DNA from: a virus
Lineage: Duplodnaviria > Heunggongvirae > Uroviricota > Caudoviricetes
Strand: one strand, 5' to 3'
DNA: 4,538 bases
IMG/VR virus record: IMGVR_UViG_2657245461_000004
Below are positions 1 to 4,538 of the stretch, piece by piece; the first letter of the stretch is position 1; every line of letters starts with the position of its first letter. The notes below the pieces were generated by a model that was given only the letters and a program-made list of their open reading frames with translations, was not told the origin of the DNA and made no database searches. A program made the translations under genes and the position numbers.

Positions 1-44
1 TCCTTCTGATGCCATTCTATTTCAGGAAGGAGTGTCCGTTAAAC

Positions 45-239
45 TCAGGCTACCTCACCCGTCCCGGATACCGAGAACGTTTCGTCCAGCAACTGGAGAG
101 AGTTCGACGGTGGCATCATTGCCCATGCCGGAGGCGCTGGAGGTTTCGGCTGAGGATGGCACAGGGCATTTTCCTTTGACGAGCACCCGACCACCATTAT
201 CAAGCTTGCGCCGAAGAGCATCATTTTCAGCTTTCGCAT
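45..239 (-). CDS. Rz1: Rz1-type outer-membrane spanin lipoprotein (o-spanin)
   Basis: 64-aa ORF in an alternate frame inside the Rz gene. N-terminal signal peptide with lipobox IMVVG-C (Cys19) followed by a short proline-rich mature part ([11 protein letters not shown]), as in lambda Rz1. Its stop (47..45) lies 10 nt beyond the Rz stop. Confidence 0.8.
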   Translation of the reverse strand: MRKLKMMLFGASLIMVVGCSSKENALCHPQPKPPAPPAWAMMPPSNSLQLLDETFSVSGTGEVA

Positions 240-459
240 CAGCTAACTCCTTCGTGTATTTAGCATCGAGTGCATCAGCATCACGCTGGCGCTGCTGCAT
301 GTCAGTAATGGTTGCGTTCGCCAGCTTCAGTTCTCCGGCGTTTTTGTCGCGCTGCTCTTTGTAGGTAATGGCGTTATCACGGTAATGATTAACAGCCCAT
401 GACAGGCAGACGATGATGCAGATAACCAGAGCGGAGATAATCGCGGTGACTCTGCTCAT
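55..459 (-). CDS. Rz: Rz-type inner-membrane spanin (i-spanin)
   Basis: ATG at 459..457 overlaps the endolysin TGA (ATGA). N-terminal TMD ([22 protein letters not shown]) followed by a charged, helix-prone periplasmic domain ([46 protein letters not shown]) that closely resembles lambda Rz as recalled. The ORF-track start at 474 is 5 codons upstream in the same frame. About 134 aa, shorter than lambda Rz. Confidence 0.85.
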   Translation of the reverse strand: MSRVTAIISALVICIIVCLSWAVNHYRDNAITYKEQRDKNAGELKLANATITDMQQRQRDADALDAKYTKELADAKAENDALRRKLDNGGRVLVKGKCPVPSSAETSSASGMGNDATVELSPVAGRNVLGIRDG

Positions 460-989
460 TGATCTATCCCCCAACAGGCTAATGCGCTTTCCTGGTCACG
501 ACGAATAACCTGTCCATAGCAGTTATTTGAACGTATGCGGCAATCGCGCCCAACATCTTTTATCCACCAGCGAATCGCCTCGCATGCGCCCTTACGATCA
601 CCGGCATTCAGCCGCTTATAAAACGTCGACGGGAAACACTTACCGGGGCCAATGTTATAGGGGCAAAATGACGCTATACCCGCTTTCTGGGGTTCGGTCA
701 GAGGTACTTTAATATTGCGCTCCACCCATGCCAGCGCCTTATCACGTTCAATAGCGTTAACCTGGTCACATTTTTCCTTCGACAGCTTCATTCCCGGTAT
801 GACAGGCTTACCATCCACCATTGTGGCACCACGACAGATGGTCCATATGCCAGAACCATCACGGTATGCCGTTGTGTGATTACCCTCTTTTTCGTTCAGA
901 AACTGGTCAAGTATCTGGGGAGCAGACGCGCCTGCGGCAATCAGCGCCAGAACAGCAGCCGACAGGCCGTATTTGATTTTTGCGCTCAT
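456..989 (-). CDS. R: SAR endolysin, T4-lysozyme-like muramidase (GH24)
   Basis: 177 aa. Gly/Ala-rich weakly hydrophobic N-terminal signal-anchor-release segment ([21 protein letters not shown]) with no Cys. Catalytic E-x8-D-x5-T motif ([16 protein letters not shown]). C-terminal region follows the pattern of P21-type lysozymes (YNIGPG...GD.KGAC...RW...CWG). Lies between pinholin and Rz/Rz1. Confidence 0.9.
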   Translation of the reverse strand: MSAKIKYGLSAAVLALIAAGASAPQILDQFLNEKEGNHTTAYRDGSGIWTICRGATMVDGKPVIPGMKLSKEKCDQVNAIERDKALAWVERNIKVPLTEPQKAGIASFCPYNIGPGKCFPSTFYKRLNAGDRKGACEAIRWWIKDVGRDCRIRSNNCYGQVIRRDQESALACWGIDQ

Positions 990-1054
990 GGATATTTATC
1001 AGGATTTATCGGCAACAAATAACGAGCCAACTTATATACGCCTTTTAAGATAAG

Positions 1055-1684
1055 TCAGCCCCGGCTGGATCCAGTCATCAGGCTCTTTCTTAAAGGGGGA
1101 GTATTGAAATCACGAAGAAGAGCCTCCCGCACCGCAGCATCCATGTCTGCACCACTGGCAAGTGCTTCAATCTCTGCCGCCACCTGCAAATACCCCATGC
1201 AACGGCCAATGCGTTTCATAACTCTGGTGTTTTCGTCTTTCAGGCATCTGATAGCGAGATTAATAATTTTCAGGCAGTGATGATGCGATGCCCGGACAGG
1301 TTTTCCGTTCTCATAAACGACGAACTCACCCTCTTCACAGGAAACCCTGAAAGGCCGATGGGGTTCCTGGTCTTTATCCGGTGCAGACGCAATAAAATCA
1401 CTTTTATGCTCTTCCTCTCCGGCACTGTTAACCGTAATGACGTACTCAGGCCGCAGGTAAGCCGCCTCTTTTTCTGACAATGCGGCCGGTAAAAACTTTT
1501 CCTGCAAAAACTTCATAAAAGTCTCGTGAGCGACTTTGTGGCAGTAATCGTAAATCGCCGCATAATGCTCATCGCGGCGTTTGTTTTCATCTTCAGAACT
1601 CACCAACGCCGACAATTTTTTATTAAGCTCAGTGATTTCATTTTCCAGGTGATTGAATCGCTGATTCATTTCTTCATGCTTCAT
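1055..1684 (-). CDS. hypothetical protein, 209 aa, acidic, no TMD; inserted between pinholin and endolysin
   Basis: Long ORF starting ATG 1684..1682, 4 nt after the holin-A stop (TAAATAATG), with an SD-like GGGGAGAG upstream. N-terminal coiled-coil-like segment (EEMNQRFNHLENEITELNKKLSAL), several Cys/His (YCHKVAH, HHHC). I recognise no family from the sequence. Coding status is supported by length, coupling and absence of a competing sense-strand ORF. Confidence 0.6.
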   Translation of the reverse strand: MKHEEMNQRFNHLENEITELNKKLSALVSSEDENKRRDEHYAAIYDYCHKVAHETFMKFLQEKFLPAALSEKEAAYLRPEYVITVNSAGEEEHKSDFIASAPDKDQEPHRPFRVSCEEGEFVVYENGKPVRASHHHCLKIINLAIRCLKDENTRVMKRIGRCMGYLQVAAEIEALASGADMDAAVREALLRDFNTPPLRKSLMTGSSRG

Positions 1685-1687
1685 TAT

Positions 1688-1873
1688 TTACTCTCCCCGT
1701 GCAGCCTTACGCTTGTCTTCTCTTATTTTGAAATACAGATTCGTCAGATAAGTCAGAAGCCCCAGAAGCAGACTTCCCAGCACACCAATCGCAGCCCACT
1801 GTGATGGCCTGACCTGATCCAACCACTGCAAAAACCAGTAGCCGGCACTGCCGGCGGGGGGGCCGTAGGCAAT
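1688..1873 (-). CDS. S: class II pinholin (S21-like), copy A, 5'-truncated by scaffold gap
   Basis: Translation ...[61 protein letters not shown], stop TAA 1690..1688. About 88% nucleotide identity to copy B. The N-terminus is lost in the N-run. The G7 homopolymer at 1856-1862 at the contig end may be a sequencing error (it gives PP where copy B has TS). Confidence 0.7.
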   Translation of the reverse strand: MAYGPPAGSAGYWFLQWLDQVRPSQWAAIGVLGSLLLGLLTYLTNLYFKIREDKRKAARGE

Positions 1874-1883
1874 NNNNNNNNNN
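1874..1883. other. assembly/scaffold gap (10 N)
   Basis: Run of 10 n. Flanked by a truncated pinholin copy on one side and the first 14 nt of an endolysin-like gene on the other, so this is a contig junction. Confidence 0.95.
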
Positions 1884-1897
1884 AATGATGGCGACAT
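1884..1897 (-). other. 5' fragment of a second SAR-endolysin gene (MSPS-), cut by the gap
   Basis: ATG 1897..1895 overlaps the holin-B stop TAA (TAATG) and reads M-S-P-S-L/F before the N-run. As recalled, phage 21 R begins MPPSLRK immediately after S. SD-like GAGGTGA upstream. Confidence 0.45.
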
Positions 1898-2112
1898 TAT
1901 TCACCTCTCGCAGCCTTACGCTTGTCTTCTCTGATTTTGAAGTACAGATTTGTCAGATAAGTCAGGAAGCCCAGAACCAGACTCCCCAGTACACCAATCG
2001 CAGCCCACTGTGACGGACTGACCTGATCAAGCCACTGTAAAAACCAGTAGCCAGCACTGCCTGCGGAGGTGCCGTAGGCAATGCCCGTTGAAATTTTGTC
2101 CATGGATTTCAT
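1897..2112 (-). CDS. S: class II pinholin / antiholin, S21-type with dual starts (S71/S68), copy B
   Basis: 71 aa [71 protein letters not shown]. Two in-frame Met (M1, M4) separated by a Lys, a Gly/Ala/Ser-rich TMD1, a hydrophobic TMD2 and a basic C-tail. Essentially the phage 21 S21 sequence as I recall it. SD GGAGG 7 nt upstream of ATG 2112. Confidence 0.9.
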   Translation of the reverse strand: MKSMDKISTGIAYGTSAGSAGYWFLQWLDQVSPSQWAAIGVLGSLVLGFLTYLTNLYFKIREDKRKAARGE

Positions 2113-2243
2113 AGCCTCACCTCCGCAAATAACGGATGGCGTAGTTTTACACTGAGAAATGAAAGGGATTTGAAAAGAAAAAAACGCAAAAGCGGGCGAA
2201 ACGATATATACAGTAAGGAAAGCACTCTATCCAACAAACCACC

Positions 2244-2391
2244 CACAGTTAATCGGAATAAAAGCAGAGTGCTTATGAATGATCGCACGCCCGAAGGTTA
2301 GTATTTCTGCACAGCAATTTTGCAAAAAAAGGCGATCATTCATAACTTAAACGTCTTTCAGTCACTCCGGGATTTCCCATCATCGCAGACT
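2244..2391. repeat. 148-bp repeat, copy X (direct repeat of 2403-2550, 145/148 identical)
   Basis: Direct alignment with copy Y shows 3 mismatches (2287-2288 ac vs ct; 2331 g vs a). Contains a 14-bp inverted repeat (2273-2286 / 2332-2345, 45-bp spacer) and an 11-bp stem arm at 2353-2363. Ends at the N-run. Confidence 0.9.
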
Positions 2392-2401
2392 NNNNNNNNN
2401 N
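2392..2401. other. assembly/scaffold gap (10 N)
   Basis: Run of 10 n between two near-identical 148-bp repeat copies. Confidence 0.95.
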
Positions 2402-2402
2402 T

Positions 2403-2550
2403 CACAGTTAATCGGAATAAAAGCAGAGTGCTTATGAATGATCGCCTGCCCGAAGGTTAGTATTTCTGCACAGCAATTTTGCAAAAAAAAGCGATCATTC
2501 ATAACTTAAACGTCTTTCAGTCACTCCGGGATTTCCCATCATCGCAGACT
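2403..2550. repeat. 148-bp repeat, copy Y, immediately downstream of the tRNA cluster
   Basis: Same unit as copy X. Nested inverted repeats: 14-bp arms 2432-2445 / 2491-2504 (ttatgaatgatcgc) with 45-bp spacer, and 11-bp arms 2512-2522 / 2547-2557 (gtctttcagtc / gactgaaagac) with 24-nt loop. Confidence 0.9.
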
Positions 2551-2563
2551 GAAAGACTCTGAC

Positions 2564-2638
<75 letters not shown>

Positions 2639-2641
2639 ATA

Positions 2642-2717
<76 letters not shown>

Positions 2718-2719
2718 AC

Positions 2720-2796
2720 TGGACCGCCACCGGGGACTCGAACCTCGCACACTCAACTTAAAGGGTTGACGCTCTTTCCTGATGAGCTAGTGGCGG
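2720..2796 (-). tRNA. atypical tRNA-like gene, anticodon UUU (Lys) if functional; possible pseudo-tRNA
   Basis: Reverse complement CCGCCACUAGCUCAUCAGGAAAGAGCGUCAACCCUUUAAGUUGAGUGUGCGAGGUUCGAGUCCCCGGUGGCGGUCCA folds as a cloverleaf with a perfect 7-bp acceptor stem and anticodon stem UCAAC/GUUGA. Non-canonical features: loop CCUUUAA has C at position 33, the 5' end is C1, the discriminator is U73, and the T-stem has an A-C mismatch. Confidence 0.5.
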
Positions 2797-2797
2797 T

Positions 2798-2873
2798 TGG
2801 TGGCCCTTGCTGGATTTGAACCAGCGACCTGGCGATTATGAGTCGCTCGCTCTCACCACTGAGCTAAAGGGCC
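2798..2873 (-). tRNA. tRNA with anticodon CAU, most similar to tRNA-Ile2 (lysidine-modified, AUA decoder); Met not excluded
   Basis: Reverse complement GGCCCUUUAGCUCAGUGGUGAGAGCGAGCGACUCAUAAUCGCCAGGUCGCUGGUUCAAAUCCAGCAAGGGCCACCA. Canonical cloverleaf, anticodon loop CUCAUAA. About 90% like E. coli ileX as I recall it, with C4-G69 and C5-G68 acceptor pairs. Same position as ileZ in Stx-type phages. Confidence 0.8.
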
Positions 2874-2882
2874 GGGCGCAGG

Positions 2883-2911
2883 ATAATAACGTTACGAAAT
2901 CAATGTTGCAA
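2883..2911 (-). promoter_or_regulatory. candidate sigma70 promoter for the tRNA cluster
   Basis: On the minus strand: TTGCAA (2911..2906), 17-nt spacer, TATTAT (2888..2883). The first tRNA 5' end (2873) lies about 10 nt downstream of the -10. Sequence-pattern prediction only. Confidence 0.45.
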
Positions 2912-2975
2912 GCATTCAAAAATCACCCTTATCTCCTCCACCAGCGCATTCACCATGTCTATCCGAGATAAGTGG

Positions 2976-3004
2976 CACAAAAAACCCGCTTGTGGGCGGG
3001 TTTT
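2976..3004 (-). terminator. intrinsic terminator (tR'-like), potentially bidirectional
   Basis: Minus strand AAAA-CCCGC-CCACAA-GCGGG-TTTTTTGTG: 5-bp GC stem, 6-nt loop, U6 tract. The plus strand reads as a hairpin followed by TTTTGTTTG. Lies about 70 nt downstream of the putative late promoter. Confidence 0.65.
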
Positions 3005-3054
3005 GTTTGCTTTTGCCATCACGTACAAAATCGGCAAAGTATCAGATTTGCATG

Positions 3055-3083
3055 AATATATGCCTTTCAATCTACTTTTGCAA
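3055..3083 (-). promoter_or_regulatory. candidate late promoter (pR'-like) overlapping the 3' end of Q
   Basis: Minus strand TTGCAA (3083..3078, within the last Q codons), 17-nt spacer, TATATT (3060..3055) directly after the Q stop. This is the position expected for pR'/qut in lambdoid phages. Sequence-pattern prediction only. Confidence 0.5.
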
Positions 3084-3755
3084 CACTTTGCTTTGAAAAT
3101 GCCGTCTTTTTTTTGAACGTGTTCTCATTACAAACAATAAAGCCTCACTATCCAGTCGGTGAAAAATGTGTTTCATTGCAACCCAGTGACGAGTAAATGT
3201 TTTGGACCAGTTTTTAGTTGTCACTCCCGCCAGTAATGCCAGCTCCTGGTATTCATAACCTTCCCCACCAAAAAGTTCTGCTTTTACTGCCTGCGCCGCC
3301 AGCCAGATTAATTTTTTCAGGCGTTCCTGCGTTTTCCCTGCAATTTTTCTGGTACCGGATTGAGCATTAAATTCATTCCACGCCCACTGTGTTATCGCGA
3401 TCTGATATTCCCAACAAATACTCCCGCTGTAACACCACAACAACCAGGCTTTATAGTGCTCTTCAAGAGACAGAACAGCCCGCCGCCACGATGATGTCGA
3501 AAACTCAACCGGACTGACCAGAGGAATTGACGTCCCCTTCGCCAGCGATTGCTTTCCCGGGATTGGTGGATTATCCCGCGTTATCATTTTTCCAGTCACT
3601 TCATCGCGGTACCGGATTTTTTTACGCCTGTAACGCCCTGTATCGAACATGGCATTCTCTTGCCAGGCTTCAAGCTGACCTTTTGTTGCCCCACTCAAAT
3701 CAGCGGTGGCGATAATGAGCTGCTCACGCACAAACTGTAAATACTGGTTATTCAT
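3072..3755 (-). CDS. Q: putative late-gene antiterminator Q (non-lambda type)
   Basis: About 227-aa ORF whose ATG (3755..3753) overlaps the rusA stop (ATGA). The ORF track starts at GTG 3761. Position between rusA and the pR'/tR'/tRNA/lysis block matches Q of lambdoid phages. Several Cys/Trp-rich segments. The call is mainly by synteny; I cannot verify homology without a search. Confidence 0.6.
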   Translation of the reverse strand: MNNQYLQFVREQLIIATADLSGATKGQLEAWQENAMFDTGRYRRKKIRYRDEVTGKMITRDNPPIPGKQSLAKGTSIPLVSPVEFSTSSWRRAVLSLEEHYKAWLLWCYSGSICWEYQIAITQWAWNEFNAQSGTRKIAGKTQERLKKLIWLAAQAVKAELFGGEGYEYQELALLAGVTTKNWSKTFTRHWVAMKHIFHRLDSEALLFVMRTRSKKRRHFQSKVLQK

Positions 3756-4117
3756 GCGCACCCCAGTTCTGTGATTTTTATCCCCAGCCGCCCACCAGGA
3801 ACGAGCTGACCGCGCACAATATTGATTTCATCAAACTGCTCGTCGTCTATAAGTAGTCCAGCATGCGTCAGCGCATCCAGCGGTGCCTTCAGGATATTGT
3901 CCAGGTCACGACGGCGCTTATCCGGTGGCTCTGCAATAATCTTTATCGCCAGCCTTCCGGACAGGTTTAATTTCAGTCGCTGCTGGCGAACAATTAGCGC
4001 CACATCACGGCGATAACGCTCACCGGCTTTTGATACAAAATATGTGCTGCCACGACGTCGCCAGTAGGTGTTCACCGTTGGCGGGTAAGGCAAAACAAAT
4101 TCTATGCGTTCGGTCAT
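3752..4117 (-). CDS. rusA: crossover junction endodeoxyribonuclease RusA (Holliday junction resolvase)
   Basis: 121 aa with the RusA family pattern LPYPPTVNTYWRRRG ... PDKRRRDLDNILKAPLDALTHAGLLIDDEQ ... GGRLGIKITELG. ATG 4117 directly follows the upstream TAA (TAAATG). Confidence 0.9.
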   Translation of the reverse strand: MTERIEFVLPYPPTVNTYWRRRGSTYFVSKAGERYRRDVALIVRQQRLKLNLSGRLAIKIIAEPPDKRRRDLDNILKAPLDALTHAGLLIDDEQFDEINIVRGQLVPGGRLGIKITELGCA

Positions 4118-4387
4118 TTATGCTTTCCACTTCAGAACACCCGAATTTCTCGCGTGCATTAAAAAACGAATCAGCAACAACAACTGACTACCGTGTTTTT
4201 CTTCAAAATCTTTTACCCCGGCGTGTAGTTCGTTATGGCATTTACGACACAGCGGAATAACAAACAAATCGTCAGCCTTTGTTCCCATCCCTCCCAGTCC
4301 ATGACCAATGATGTGGTGCGGATCATCTGCCTGATTGCCACACGTCATGCATTTCTGCGTTTTTACCCAGCGCGTGTATACAGGCAT
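4118..4387 (-). CDS. ybcO: YbcO/DUF1364-like putative zinc-binding nuclease; true start uncertain
   Basis: The C-terminal 89 aa from ATG 4387 (SD-like GGGAAGAG upstream) carry the pattern C-x2-C ... HHIIGHGLGGMGTKADDLFVIPLCRKCHNELH, matching the E. coli YbcO motif as I recall it (G-L-x-G-x-G-x-K-x-x-D-L ... C-x-x-CH-x-E). The frame is open upstream through GTG 4459 to the window edge, so the gene may be longer or 5'-truncated by the window. Confidence 0.6.
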   Translation of the reverse strand: MPVYTRWVKTQKCMTCGNQADDPHHIIGHGLGGMGTKADDLFVIPLCRKCHNELHAGVKDFEEKHGSQLLLLIRFLMHARNSGVLKWKA

Positions 4388-4538
4388 CTCTTCCCGTTGT
4401 GGTTTCTGGCGCTGGAGATACTGAGCCGGAGATTCCGGATCAACGGCAATGCTGACCACCGTCTCTTCCTGTGGTGGATTCTGTTGCTGGTGGGCGTGAG
4501 GCAGCGGCGCAAGATTTTTTGTGCGCTGCTTCAGTATG

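Noticed and set aside
32-364. Plus-strand 110-aa ORF
   Set aside because: It lies antisense to Rz/Rz1, its translation is low-complexity and Ser/Ala-rich, and it has no RBS context. It is a shadow ORF of the spanin genes.
527-712. Plus-strand 61-aa ORF
   Set aside because: It lies antisense within the endolysin gene and has no independent support.
1277-1804. Plus-strand ORFs of 66 and 92 aa
   Set aside because: They lie antisense to the 209-aa ORF and holin A, and their translations are hydrophobic low-complexity shadow frames.
1856-1862. Pro-Pro substitution in holin A TMD1 as a real variant
   Set aside because: It arises from a G7 homopolymer 12 nt from a contig end, where copy B has GGAGGTG. 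It is more likely a sequencing or assembly error than biology.
1688-1897. ORF-track 69-aa protein MSPSXXXX... read as one gene
   Set aside because: It is a chimera. The first 4 codons belong to an endolysin-like start, the Xs are the scaffold gap, and the rest is the 3' part of a pinholin. It is annotated as two fragments instead.
1707-1904. Minus-strand 65-aa ORF overlapping holin A in another frame
   Set aside because: It spans the N-gap and is out of frame with the recognisable pinholin. It is spurious.
2244-2550. Two 148-bp direct repeats as a CRISPR array or IS element
   Set aside because: There are only two copies, the units are far longer than CRISPR repeats, no spacer-repeat periodicity exists, and no transposase ORF is present. 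The copies flank a scaffold gap, so they are more likely contig-end repeats.
2113-2563. Shiga-toxin or other toxin cargo between the tRNAs and the holin
   Set aside because: No ORF of adequate length is visible in this interval. Only the gap leaves the question open, and nothing in the sequence supports a toxin gene.
2976-3008. Terminator acting on a plus-strand gene
   Set aside because: The hairpin reads as a terminator on both strands, but there is no credible plus-strand gene upstream, so only the minus-strand tR' role is annotated.
3527-4260. Plus-strand ORFs of 62-76 aa
   Set aside because: They lie antisense to Q, rusA and ybcO, which have strong family signatures on the minus strand.

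Overview
This window is the late-control and lysis region of a lambdoid (phage 21-like) prophage from an enterobacterium, with every supported gene on the minus strand. Reading in the direction of transcription (high to low coordinates): a YbcO/DUF1364-like nuclease, RusA Holliday-junction resolvase, a putative Q antiterminator, a pR'-like promoter with a tR'-like terminator, four tandem tRNA genes (Ile2/Met-CAU, an atypical Lys-UUU-like, Thr-UGU, Gly-UCC), a structured 148-bp repeat, an S21-type pinholin, an uncharacterised 209-aa ORF, a SAR endolysin, and Rz/Rz1 spanins. Two 10-N scaffold gaps (1874-1883 and 2392-2401) are each flanked by similar but non-identical repeat copies, so the window is a join of three contigs and adjacency across the gaps is unproven. 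The most interesting item is the 209-aa ORF sitting between holin and endolysin, where in the neighbouring fragment an endolysin start follows the holin directly. All calls come from reading the sequence and recalled family features; no searches were run.
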